A stretch of DNA of 54,920 bases from a virus (taxonomy: Duplodnaviria; Caudoviricetes). The notes beneath the pieces are model-generated. The model was not told where the DNA came from. It saw only the letters and a list, made by a program, of their open reading frames with translations, and ran no database searches. The position numbers were made by a program, and so were the translations under genes. Positions 1 through 8,657 of this stretch are shown piece by piece; the stretch's first letter is position 1, and each line of letters starts with the position of its first letter. The stretch is from the IMG/VR virus record IMGVR_UViG_3300025410_000024, positions 1 to 54,920 of that record. The stretch is one strand, 5' to 3'.

Positions 1-298
1 GCTGTAGCGTACTGCGAATTGAACAACTGTAACATACCCCGCTGTACGGTCTACACAGCATTGTATGTGCTAAAGGACCGTAGGGATGAGGAGAGAATAC
101 TGTGAAGATATGGTGAAGATACGGTGGACCATTTGACTATAGCCTCTCATCCCCACGATGAGGTCAACTGTTGTTACGCTAAAAAACCACAGAAAACTGC
201 CCCAAAATATCCCAAAATGGCGTCAAATCTCGATGTTTTCCTCCTGATTCATTGTGGTTTCTGCCACAATTAGGCCATTTTTCCACCGTGGAGCCAAC

Positions 299-327
299 TT
301 GACAGGACTGTGGATTCACAGTATAAT
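299..327 (+). promoter_or_regulatory. sigma70 consensus promoter for the tRNA
   Basis: TTGACA 299-304, 17-nt spacer, TATAAT 322-327; palindrome ACTGTG-GATT-CACAGT (307-322) lies in the spacer. Confidence 0.9.
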
Positions 328-350
328 AAGTATTAGAAGCAAGTATAAGT

Positions 351-427
351 GCGCTTGTAGCTCAGTTGGTTAGAGCAGAGGACTCATAATCCTTTGGTCG
401 CGGGTTCGAGTCCCTCCGAGCGCACCA
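351..427 (+). tRNA. tRNA with CAT anticodon, most like tRNA-Ile2 (lysidine type); Met possible
   Basis: Cloverleaf: acceptor GCGCTTG/CGAGCGC, D-arm GCTC/GAGC, anticodon arm GAGGA-CTCATAA-TCCTT, TTCGAGT T-loop, encoded CCA. Confidence 0.93.
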
Positions 428-674
428 TATATACTGTAGACCAGTATATACACTATGTACAAACCGCAAGCAGTATGATATAGACTGTATAGTACAGTGG
501 TAGTCCGATCGCTAGGCACTGTATGATGGACAGATGAAGGTAGGATCATAGATCCCCTGCTAGTACAGCTGAACCAGAGACCGTATTCTTTCGGCGGTTA
601 AGTCTAGACTATAAAAAGTCAGGAACAATCTGGGCGGGACAGGGTCAGGACACTTGCTTAGGCTCTGTACTATG

Positions 675-713
675 AAAGCACTACTTTTCTTAGGGAATGT
701 AGTGCTTTTGTTT
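675..713 (+). terminator. rho-independent terminator
   Basis: AAAGCACTAC...GTAGTGCTTT stem followed by TGTTT. Confidence 0.7.
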
Positions 714-714
714 G

Positions 715-732
715 ACTGTGGATTCATACAGT
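715..732. promoter_or_regulatory. LexA(SOS)-box-like palindrome
   Basis: ACTGT-GGATTCAT-ACAGT matches CTGT-N8-ACAG. Confidence 0.4.
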
Positions 733-903
733 AATACTAGAGTAGTATAGTACTTTAGTACTGTTGCGTAGGAGCAACGGTGAAAGTGCCAGGGGTGTGG
801 CGTTTTATACACATATGAGTTGGAGGGTCATTGTGAAAAATGGTTGTCCAAACTGTAGAATGTTGTATAATTATGGCTTACACACTAAAAAGGAGCTAGC
901 ACT

Positions 904-1161
904 ATGTTTAAACTCACCGATGCACAAAGCCAGCAAATTAACAACAGCGCATACACACACGACTACGAAGCAGAAGCTGTTGCCATATACGAAAGTACGG
1001 GCAACGACGGCATAGATGTGTTTACCGAGCGTTTTGAGCAGGAAACTGATATCGCACAACGAGCAGACTCGGAAGACATTGGCGGGCTTATCGTGTACTA
1101 CAAAGGCCAGCAGTTACTAGCGTTTTACGACTACGAGCGTTTCGTCGGTACTGTATTCTAA
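904..1161 (+). CDS. small acidic early protein
   Basis: Own promoter (844-871) and AAGGAG SD. Confidence 0.85.
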   Translation: MFKLTDAQSQQINNSAYTHDYEAEAVAIYESTGNDGIDVFTERFEQETDIAQRADSEDIGGLIVYYKGQQLLAFYDYERFVGTVF

Positions 1162-1239
1162 ATAGTTGACTAAAAGGGCGGGTCATTGACAGCCGGCCCG
1201 TTTTGTTGTATAATATGGGTACACAGGGGAGGAAGCACT

Positions 1240-1569
1240 ATGAGCACCGCACGTAAGAAACGTTCAGATCGTACACATATCATCTATGAGCTCGTTGTGA
1301 ATGGGCTTAACTACATCGGAGTCACTGCCAAGACTGAAAGTACTGTACTTAAAAGTGTTCGTGTTCGTGCTAATAAACACTTTTATCGCGCAAAAACCGA
1401 AGGCAAGGCTTGGCTATTGTGCGAAGCATTGAGAGAGCTTAATAGCAAAGAAGAAATTGAAATACGTGTACACGAGCTTGTTAGAGGCAAAGCGGCAGCT
1501 CATCGTCGTGAAGTTGAAATACGTAGAGCTATTAACCCTGCGCTGAATACGGATATTAGGGGTGACTAG
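1240..1569 (+). CDS. GIY-YIG-like nuclease domain protein
   Basis: IIYEL...NYIGVT, downstream R, E and PALN; start corrected to ATG 1240 after GGAGG. Confidence 0.65.
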   Translation: MSTARKKRSDRTHIIYELVVNGLNYIGVTAKTESTVLKSVRVRANKHFYRAKTEGKAWLLCEALRELNSKEEIEIRVHELVRGKAAAHRREVEIRRAINPALNTDIRGD

Positions 1570-1621
1570 TTGACAGCGTGAGTGTTTTCGGTTATAATAC
1601 ATACACTAAAAAGGAGCAAAG

Positions 1622-1792
1622 ATGTTTTACAGCAACAAAGAATACAATTTCCAGGTACAAGAGCTCGTAGATCAGGGAATGAGCCTAACAGAAGCAGGCG
1701 CTATAGTAGAACAGCGTATGGCTCAGGACGAGGTAGAGTACAACGAATGGGTTGTAGAGCAGTTCAACCAAACACAAAAGGAGATGGCATAA
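1622..1792 (+). CDS. 56-aa acidic early protein MFYSNKEY... (not in ORF track)
   Basis: Promoter 1570-1598, AAGGAG SD, TAATG coupling to next gene. Confidence 0.8.
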   Translation: MFYSNKEYNFQVQELVDQGMSLTEAGAIVEQRMAQDEVEYNEWVVEQFNQTQKEMA

Positions 1793-2169
1793 TGCGCAAA
1801 GAATACGATGAACTTGCCACTTACGAGCGTGATGGTTATACTATTATCGTGGATCGGACCTGGGAGGATGTGAGTCCCAGGGATCTGTTTGATGATTCAG
1901 TTATGGATGTTGAAGAGATTTGCCGTAAGATCGACAACTACACACTGGACTGGTTTATGCTTCGTGTACGTGTACTAGTGGATGAACACGAGCTGGCCAG
2001 AGAATATGTAGGTGGGTTCTTGTACGAAGATGCCCGTGAGGTACTACGAGATGGTACAGCAGAGGAAATGATTGCTGAAGCTATGATCACAGCAAAAAGA
2101 GAGGTCTATCGTATGTATAAGAAGTTCCAAGAACTCAGCTTTGCTGTTGATCGTGAGGGTGTTGTTTAA
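1792..2169 (+). CDS. hypothetical early protein MRKEYDEL...
   Basis: AAGGAG SD, TAATG overlap; start corrected from 1582. Confidence 0.85.
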   Translation: MRKEYDELATYERDGYTIIVDRTWEDVSPRDLFDDSVMDVEEICRKIDNYTLDWFMLRVRVLVDEHELAREYVGGFLYEDAREVLRDGTAEEMIAEAMITAKREVYRMYKKFQELSFAVDREGVV

Positions 2170-2259
2170 TCACAACAAATACCCTTACTCAGTGTAGGGG
2201 TATTGACAACCCTCCATTTTAGCGTTATAATACACACATACACTAAAAAGGAGCGCACT

Positions 2260-2529
2260 ATGTTTTTAAGTAACACACCCGCAAAAGCAAAATTAACTTT
2301 TAACAAAAAACTAAAAGTCTACAAGCTCGTTGTCGCGTTTAATGTACATAAACGCTTAGTTAAAAATAAATGGGGCGAGGAAGTATATAAATTTGCTTTC
2401 CCTGTACAAAAACAATGCGCTTATGTTAGCGGGGACATTAACGCAGAAGCTCTCTCAGAGGAGTTAACTAAATTACTACCTCGCGTACAAGAAGTGTTGC
2501 GTACAGACAACATTACATTAGTAGAGTAA
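2260..2529 (+). CDS. hypothetical early protein
   Basis: ATG after AAGGAG; the track's TTG start is the -35 box. Confidence 0.8.
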   Translation: MFLSNTPAKAKLTFNKKLKVYKLVVAFNVHKRLVKNKWGEEVYKFAFPVQKQCAYVSGDINAEALSEELTKLLPRVQEVLRTDNITLVE

Positions 2530-2604
2530 AGTGTAAGGGCTTTGCTAGACAGCAGAGCCTTTATGCGTTATAATACAGTTATACTAACACAAAAGAGGAA
2601 CACT

Positions 2605-2781
2605 ATGTCAAAACATCATTTAGTAGTATTTGCAAATTTTGCTAGAGACACAGGCATGACGCTTGTAGAGACTGTAAAATACATAGGGGACAACTACGAC
2701 GAGCTCGATGAGGAGCTTGTACAAGCATACGACGACACTTACATGGAACTTATGCAGTTTTGTAACACACAAAACGCATAA
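2605..2781 (+). CDS. small acidic early protein (likely paralog of 11552..11722)
   Basis: Promoter 2546-2574, GAGG SD. Confidence 0.8.
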   Translation: MSKHHLVVFANFARDTGMTLVETVKYIGDNYDELDEELVQAYDDTYMELMQFCNTQNA

Positions 2782-2870
2782 CCCTAGACCCGCAAGGGTC
2801 TTTATAGCAAAGGGTTGACAATTGGACAGTCCCTCGCTATAATACACACATACACTAAAAAGGAGCCTCT

Positions 2871-3194
2871 ATGTTAACAGTTAAAGATATTGTAAAAGAA
2901 GACGACTGCACAACTACACACTACACTTGCAATGAGGAAGTAACACTTGCTGGAGACAGTATTTGGGACTGTACACTTACTGGAGTAACAGTAACAGACA
3001 TTGTAGTACACGAGTACGATGACTACAAAGAGATGGGTGTATACTATACAGTAGACGGCGAGGAAGTAGACGAAAGTTGGCGTATGTACACAGACAGCGG
3101 AATGGAAAAAGCAGTTAGCACACTACTAGGCTATAGAGTACACTTTACAGAGCAGGGAATGCAAAACAACGGTAGAGCGAGTATGGAGGCGTAA
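2871..3194 (+). CDS. acidic hypothetical early protein
   Basis: Promoter cassette and SD. Confidence 0.85.
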   Translation: MLTVKDIVKEDDCTTTHYTCNEEVTLAGDSIWDCTLTGVTVTDIVVHEYDDYKEMGVYYTVDGEEVDESWRMYTDSGMEKAVSTLLGYRVHFTEQGMQNNGRASMEA

Positions 3195-3276
3195 CAGCAA
3201 CACACAATAGCCCGCCTATTGTGCGGGTTATTATTTTATGTTATAATACACACATACACTAAAAAGGAAAAGCAAA

Positions 3277-3456
3277 ATGACACTACAAGAATTTGAAGAC
3301 AAAATGAACACATACGAGCTCGACGATGCTTATGCAGAGTACATTATGGAACACACTAGCATTGGCAATGACCATATGCTTATTGCCGCAATGGAGCGTG
3401 GCGACTTCTTTGAGGACTTTATGGACACGATGGTAACAGAGGATATTAATGCTTAA
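3277..3456 (+). CDS. 59-aa highly acidic protein MTLQEFED... (not in ORF track)
   Basis: Promoter 3219-3247, AAGGA SD, open frame to TAA 3454-3456. Confidence 0.8.
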   Translation: MTLQEFEDKMNTYELDDAYAEYIMEHTSIGNDHMLIAAMERGDFFEDFMDTMVTEDINA

Positions 3457-3664
3457 CGTTTTGAAATGGGCAGGCACTGCCTTTACTATAGGCGGTGCAC
3501 TTGCTACTAGTTTAGGGATTGATCCTGTTAACATAGTACTGTTTAATTTAGGAACAATTTGTTGGTTGTGGGCAAGTATTAAAATGAAAGACCGACCATT
3601 GTTTGTGGTTAATGTTGCCCTCTTGCTCATTTATGTTTTTGGTGCTATAATACGTTTACTTTAA
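3449..3664 (+). CDS. small membrane protein (about 3 hydrophobic segments)
   Basis: Hydrophobic 71 aa, GAGG SD. Confidence 0.75.
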   Translation: MLNVLKWAGTAFTIGGALATSLGIDPVNIVLFNLGTICWLWASIKMKDRPLFVVNVALLLIYVFGAIIRLL

Positions 3665-3678
3665 CAAAGGAGATAGTT

Positions 3679-3882
3679 ATGTCAGGAATCTACGACACAG
3701 TACAGAACCCAATCCCCTACAGTGGCTTATTCACAGAGCCTACACTGGAAGAGATAAACGCACTGATCGAATCTATGCCACAGACACACAGGCGTAATGC
3801 TTACTTGGTAATGATGTATACACTGAATCGTTGCCACAGACTTGTAGAAGACAATATTTTAAGCAAAGAAATATTTGCTTAA
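3679..3882 (+). CDS. hypothetical protein
   Basis: AAGGAG SD. Confidence 0.8.
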   Translation: MSGIYDTVQNPIPYSGLFTEPTLEEINALIESMPQTHRRNAYLVMMYTLNRCHRLVEDNILSKEIFA

Positions 3883-3944
3883 AATGGTTGACAAGGGAGC
3901 AATCTCTTGTTATAATACATACTTAAACAACAAAGGAGCGCACT

Positions 3945-4181
3945 ATGTTTTCATATAGTTACAGAACATCCCGTCCAGTTACTAGCAAATTGTTGGATAA
4001 CTTAGAAGAAGGCCTATACGATAAAGATCGTATGATCGCAGACTTGCTGGGCTGGATGAGCGAGCGAGATGTAGCAGAGTTTGCTCGTGCCAATGATTAC
4101 ATCGTAGCACAGGACGAAGACGAGTATGATGGTCAGCCTGATGAAGCCCAAGAGTGGGAGTCCTTTGACCCAGATTGCTAA
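3945..4181 (+). CDS. hypothetical protein with acidic tail
   Basis: Promoter cassette and SD. Confidence 0.85.
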   Translation: MFSYSYRTSRPVTSKLLDNLEEGLYDKDRMIADLLGWMSERDVAEFARANDYIVAQDEDEYDGQPDEAQEWESFDPDC

Positions 4182-4250
4182 TAACCCTAGAGGTTGACAG
4201 GGATTGCGGTCCCTGTTATAATACATACTTAAACAACAAAGGAGCACACT

Positions 4251-4577
4251 ATGGATATTGAAACACTTCGCAGAGCAATTTTTAATGGTAACTGGTCCAA
4301 TGATGATCTTAACAGTATGGCGGATGCACTCAAGTGGGCCCGAGCAGACTTGACCAAGAGAACAAAGAGAACGTTGACTCTAGGCGACACCGTTAACTTC
4401 ACGTCTAGCAGAACCGGACGCAATGTCACCGGAATGGTTGTGAAGATCGCACAGAAGTATGTCACAGTCCGCACCATAGAGGGCTTGTGGAAAGTGCCAG
4501 CCAATATGCTCGAAAAGATTGAAGAGCCCAGTCCAATGGACGACTTCAACTATGTTGGAAGCAGACATCACTATTAA
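4251..4577 (+). CDS. hypothetical protein, SH3/KOW-like C-terminal pattern
   Basis: LGDTVNF...GMVVKI...VTV...WKVP; promoter cassette. Confidence 0.8.
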   Translation: MDIETLRRAIFNGNWSNDDLNSMADALKWARADLTKRTKRTLTLGDTVNFTSSRTGRNVTGMVVKIAQKYVTVRTIEGLWKVPANMLEKIEEPSPMDDFNYVGSRHHY

Positions 4578-4645
4578 CCCTACAGGTTGACAGGGCTTTG
4601 GGGCCCTGTTATAATACACTTACACAGACACAAAAGGAGCACACT

Positions 4646-4903
4646 ATGACATCAGCATTGACAGCGTATGTAGATCGTAAGAATGCTTTCGCAGACATTT
4701 TCGGACAACGGCAGTTGAGCCTACAGAGTGCCGAAGATAGGCAAAAGATTGCCAGTAGCATTGACGCAGACTTGAGCCCAGAGAACTTGACTTGCGATGG
4801 CGAACTGCCCCGCGCACAGGTTCAAGCTCGCTATAAGGCTCTGCGTGCGGCGGCCAGCCAACTACAAGCATTGGACCCATCAGTTAGTTTTTACGAATAT
4901 TAA
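4646..4903 (+). CDS. hypothetical phage protein (LSPENLTCDGE)
   Basis: Start corrected to ATG after AAGGAG. Confidence 0.8.
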   Translation: MTSALTAYVDRKNAFADIFGQRQLSLQSAEDRQKIASSIDADLSPENLTCDGELPRAQVQARYKALRAAASQLQALDPSVSFYEY

Positions 4904-4914
4904 GGAGCAGACAA

Positions 4915-5133
4915 ATGGACGAAAAGGTTTATGAGCATGAGGTTATCACAACTGTACGAATTACAGTTCGTAGCCTAGATCCTATGCTGAACAAAGAGCG
5001 GTTCTTGGAGGACTACAACTATCTAACAGACTTCAGTGTCTTGTTAGGAGGCGAGGACTATCCTCGTGTGGTACAGACTTTTGTTATCAGCGATGAGATT
5101 GAATACATCGATCGGGAGATTCAAGATGCATGA
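4915..5133 (+). CDS. hypothetical protein
   Basis: TAAGGAG SD. Confidence 0.8.
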   Translation: MDEKVYEHEVITTVRITVRSLDPMLNKERFLEDYNYLTDFSVLLGGEDYPRVVQTFVISDEIEYIDREIQDA

Positions 5134-5269
5134 TCTAATTGAACTAGCACTAAACCAGATAGTGCGAGATGTTGAAAATTGGGACTTGACTGCCATTGAA
5201 GAGCTTTTGAGATTTGTACCCGAAGAAAATTTGATTGCTTACTTACCTGAGGAGATTAGAAATGCCTAA
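5126..5269 (+). CDS. 47-aa hypothetical protein MHDLIELAL...
   Basis: GGGAG SD, overlaps upstream stop. Confidence 0.7.
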   Translation: MHDLIELALNQIVRDVENWDLTAIEELLRFVPEENLIAYLPEEIRNA

Positions 5270-5837
5270 CTGGTGCAACAACACACTCGAGATTACACAC
5301 AGTGATCCTGCCATGATTGAACGTGCTAGGTCAGCCTTTGCTGACGGCAGACTGTTGGATGAGTTCCACCCAGTGCCCAATGACCTGAAGATCGTGGCAG
5401 GCCGTGTGGGCGCCGACGATGATCAAGCACAGAAGGATCTTGTGGCACAGGAACAGGCCAACCGAGCCAAATACGGTTATGCCAATTGGTATGACTGGTG
5501 TGTCAACGAATGGGGCACCAAGTGGGACGTTGGTGGCAACGGCTACGAAGCACAAGATATACCTAATGGGTTAATCATGACCTTCGACAGTGCCTGGGCT
5601 CCGCCCGTCCGTGCTATGGAACAACTTGTAGATTTAGGCTTTGATGTTCGTTTGATGTATTACGAACCCGGCATGGCCTTTTGCGGTGTATGGGAAAACA
5701 ACGATGACGACTACTATGAAATTGGTGGTATGAGTTCGAGTGCTATTGCGGCTATGTTGCCTGCAGAATTAGACGAAGCATTTGGTATCAGCGAGCAGGT
5801 TGCTGAGTATGAAGCGGAGGAGGCCCAAGATGAGTGA
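5262..5837 (+). CDS. YubB/DUF1281-like ferredoxin-fold protein
   Basis: MPNWCNN, WYDWCVNEWGTKWD, FDSAWAPP, YYEPG motifs. Confidence 0.8.
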   Translation: MPNWCNNTLEITHSDPAMIERARSAFADGRLLDEFHPVPNDLKIVAGRVGADDDQAQKDLVAQEQANRAKYGYANWYDWCVNEWGTKWDVGGNGYEAQDIPNGLIMTFDSAWAPPVRAMEQLVDLGFDVRLMYYEPGMAFCGVWENNDDDYYEIGGMSSSAIAAMLPAELDEAFGISEQVAEYEAEEAQDE

Positions 5838-5903
5838 TGCTATTCAATGGATGGTTGACCAATTGACGAAATGATTGTATAATACATTTTTAGGAGGACA
5901 CAA

Positions 5904-6116
5904 ATGGCTACAGTAAAAAATTGGGACACAGACGAAGAGGTAGTAGTTCGAGTCGGCGACTGGGTCGGCTTTAAGTGCGATGTCGAGCAAAGCGGGGAAA
6001 TTATTCGCATCGAGGGCAATAGACTGTACTTGAGATCTGGTGTTATGGGCTTCCAGGGCGGGTATATTGGGGGACAAACGGAAACAGTTGAGAGAGCTGA
6101 CGACTGTTGGATTTAA
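5904..6116 (+). CDS. small beta-rich (SH3-like) hypothetical protein
   Basis: AGGAGG SD, promoter 5855. Confidence 0.8.
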   Translation: MATVKNWDTDEEVVVRVGDWVGFKCDVEQSGEIIRIEGNRLYLRSGVMGFQGGYIGGQTETVERADDCWI

Positions 6117-6195
6117 ACAACAAAGACCCTGCAGGTTGACAGGGTATTGTTTCGGTTGTATAATTAAGGCTTACACACACTAAAAGGAGCAGGAT

Positions 6196-6441
6196 ATGGG
6201 AATGTGGACCACCGATAACCAGGACACTATGAGCGTTGTACTCAAAGCATTCAGCGATGCGTCCCGACGCAACTATGACAGCCACGCATTTGAAGCAGGT
6301 TACTTGCAGAGTGTTATTGTTTCAATCTTACCTGACTTGCCCAAACGCAAGCAGAATAGTTTGATCAACGAAATGATCAAAGCCGCTCAAAAGCAAGAGA
6401 AAGAAGTACTTGATAAAATACTTGACGGCGTTAAGGTTTGA
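6196..6441 (+). CDS. hypothetical protein
   Basis: Promoter cassette and SD. Confidence 0.8.
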   Translation: MGMWTTDNQDTMSVVLKAFSDASRRNYDSHAFEAGYLQSVIVSILPDLPKRKQNSLINEMIKAAQKQEKEVLDKILDGVKV

Positions 6442-6480
6442 AGTTATAATTTAATTTTACACACACACTAGGAGCACACA

Positions 6481-6966
6481 ATGGGAACACGAAGCAGAAT
6501 CGGCGTAATGCACGGAGATGTCGTTAAATCAGTTTACTGTCATTGGGACGGTTATCTTGAATACAACGGCGAGCTCTTGCAAAAACACTACAACTCAGCC
6601 AAAGCCAACGAACTTGTATCGCTCGGCGACTTGAGCTCACTGCGCCCTGAGATCGGCGAGGAGCATGCCTTTAGTCACTTTGACACAGATATATCCAGCG
6701 ATGAATACGAGAAACAGTTTGGCGAGATGTGTACCTTTTACGGACGCGATAGAAAAGAAAGCAACACAGAATTCAAAACAGACACAACATTCGAAGCATT
6801 CTTTGATCGTTGCGTAGGTTGTTGCGCAGAATGGTACTACGTAATGAATGACGGTGTTTGGTATTGCGGTAACACATATGAAAGCGACTCACGCTTTTAC
6901 AAGAAGCTAGTTCCATTATCAGAAGCATTGGCCGAAGTGCCTGATATAATGGGAGTGCAGGTGTGA
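6481..6966 (+). CDS. phage protein with YCHWDGY motif
   Basis: MGTRSRIG...YCHWDGY...YGRDR pattern; AGGAG SD. Confidence 0.85.
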   Translation: MGTRSRIGVMHGDVVKSVYCHWDGYLEYNGELLQKHYNSAKANELVSLGDLSSLRPEIGEEHAFSHFDTDISSDEYEKQFGEMCTFYGRDRKESNTEFKTDTTFEAFFDRCVGCCAEWYYVMNDGVWYCGNTYESDSRFYKKLVPLSEALAEVPDIMGVQV

Positions 6967-7136
6967 CAGGTTATGCAAGCAAGAGGGCGGCGACCCTCTC
7001 CCGTATACCAACTGATGAGTTAAAACAACAATTGGTATCACTAACAGAAAGTCCTAGTCGTAGTACTTTCGATGAGGTTTGGATCAGTTTACTTGAACAA
7101 GAAATTTTTAAAAGGAAAGACAATGAGCAAGATTAA
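6963..7136 (+). CDS. 57-aa hypothetical protein, GTG start (not in ORF track)
   Basis: GGAG SD, GTGA overlap, fills the gap exactly. Confidence 0.6.
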   Translation: MTGYASKRAATLSRIPTDELKQQLVSLTESPSRSTFDEVWISLLEQEIFKRKDNEQD

Positions 7137-7305
7137 AGATTTGGCATATGATATTGAACAATTGTACATCGAAGGTTATAGTCCTAAGAGTATTGCTTTG
7201 CAACTGGACTGTCCTTTGGAATTGATTTATGATTGGTTAGAGTCTAACAATGTTGCAGAAAACTCACAGGAGGAATTAAGCCCATTCGAAACAATCAATT
7301 CTTAA
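7123..7305 (+). CDS. small helix-turn-helix protein
   Basis: LYIEGYSPKSIALQLDCPLELIYDWL; start corrected to MSKIKD. Confidence 0.65.
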   Translation: MSKIKDLAYDIEQLYIEGYSPKSIALQLDCPLELIYDWLESNNVAENSQEELSPFETINS

Positions 7306-7403
7306 TTCAAAAAATGGTTGACAACTAACCCAAATAGTTGTATAATTAATGTATGTTCAAAATAAAGAACATATTTTTACACACACAGAAAAGGAAATTT
7401 AAA

Positions 7404-7814
7404 ATGTCTACAAAGTTATTTAAATGCGCAGGTGTTAGCAAACGTAATGGTGCTTTCAAAGCTCGTTTCGCAAGTGATATGACTCGTGTTAAGGTTCTTG
7501 CCAAAACTGGAAGTTCCGATATTGATCTCATTGAGTTGAAAGAGCCAATGACCAAGGAAGATGCTATTGCGTATCTATTGAAGATTAATTTCGATAATGG
7601 TAACGCTTTGATTCGCACTGCGCTTGAAGAAGGTCTTGAGAAGAGATTGCCATCTGCCAAAGCACCTAAGGCTACAAAGTCTAAGCCTAGCCTAGATGCG
7701 ATTGCGGCTCGTGGTAAGGTTGCAAAGTCAAAAGCAAAGTCTACTGCGGTCACACAGCCAGCAGACACTGAGTTGGATGACAAGCCATTTGGCTTTGAGA
7801 AAGAGGCAGTTTAA
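7404..7814 (+). CDS. basic protein with Lys/Ala-rich tail, possibly DNA-binding
   Basis: AAGGA SD; KAPKATKSK...KSKAKS tail. Confidence 0.75.
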   Translation: MSTKLFKCAGVSKRNGAFKARFASDMTRVKVLAKTGSSDIDLIELKEPMTKEDAIAYLLKINFDNGNALIRTALEEGLEKRLPSAKAPKATKSKPSLDAIAARGKVAKSKAKSTAVTQPADTELDDKPFGFEKEAV

Positions 7815-7918
7815 TCTACGCTATAAGAACTGTTCCTGGATACTTCCGGTTTAACCGCACTAGGTCCTGAACAGTTCTTATATACCGTACTGCGGGGTAT
7901 TGGTCAGAAGGAGCGTTT

Positions 7919-8137
7919 ATGAGCAGATTGGCATACATTGGTAGACCTTGGGTTGCATTTGATCCAACAGTGAAGAATCATAGGCAGTGGTTTGCGGAGT
8001 TCCAAAAGTTTGGGACCTGGGGTAAGTGTCCTGTCCGATTTATTGTGGCAGATGATCACGGTGATTTGATCACTATGATTCAACGTAGGTTAATTGAATA
8101 CTACGTAAACAAAGAATTTGGTAAAATTAAAGGTTGA
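7919..8137 (+). CDS. hypothetical protein
   Basis: AAGGAG SD. Confidence 0.8.
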   Translation: MSRLAYIGRPWVAFDPTVKNHRQWFAEFQKFGTWGKCPVRFIVADDHGDLITMIQRRLIEYYVNKEFGKIKG

Positions 8138-8203
8138 TCTTGTTGTATTAATACTGTAATATTAATCATAACTGCAAAGCAGTCTTTAATTAAGGAAAAC
8201 AAA

Positions 8204-8479
8204 ATGATTATCAAAAAATTGAACAAAGAAACTAAAGCATACAGACTATTCAAAGCTCTCCAAGCAGGCGAGCGCATTACACCAGCAATGGCACAACACA
8301 AGTTCGGTATTAAGAACCTGAGTGCCGAAGTTAGCCGTGTACGTCAATTTGGTTTTGCTGTTTATCGTAAGACACGTAAAGCAGGCAATGGCGTTGAGGT
8401 TGTTGAGTACGTAATGGGTACACCATCACGCGAGATCGTTGCCGCTGGTTACAAGGCTTTGGCTCTTGGCCTAGTTTAA
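8204..8479 (+). CDS. winged-HTH putative transcriptional regulator
   Basis: ALQAGERITPAMAQHKFGIKNLSAEVSRVRQFGFAVY followed by a beta-wing. Confidence 0.7.
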   Translation: MIIKKLNKETKAYRLFKALQAGERITPAMAQHKFGIKNLSAEVSRVRQFGFAVYRKTRKAGNGVEVVEYVMGTPSREIVAAGYKALALGLV

Positions 8480-8593
8480 GAGTCGCTCCAAGTCTTAGGG
8501 CGGGGTAGTGTCCCCCTAAGCCATAGACGTTTCGCTCCCGTCTATGATGTTAGTGTGGAAAGCCTCTATCTTCGGATAGGGGTTTTTCTTTTT
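8477..8593 (+). ncRNA. candidate 3'-UTR small RNA with two UCGCUCC motifs and a terminator
   Basis: Hairpins 8494-8520 and 8522-8546 (loop TTTCGCTCC); TCGCTCC also at 8483-8489. Confidence 0.45.
8559..8593 (+). terminator. rho-independent terminator
   Basis: GCCTCTATC-TTCG-GATAGGGGT then TTTTCTTTTT. Confidence 0.9.
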
Positions 8594-8657
8594 AACCCTA
8601 CGATTGACAGGGTTATTCATTTTTGTTATAATATAGTCATACACACAGAGGATCTCA

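Noticed and set aside
1-290. Partial CDS at window start
   Set aside because: Only short open frames; coding frame cannot be determined
428-500. tRNA-associated theta (HDV-like) ribozyme
   Set aside because: The trailer is a simple AT-rich hairpin; no nested double pseudoknot seen
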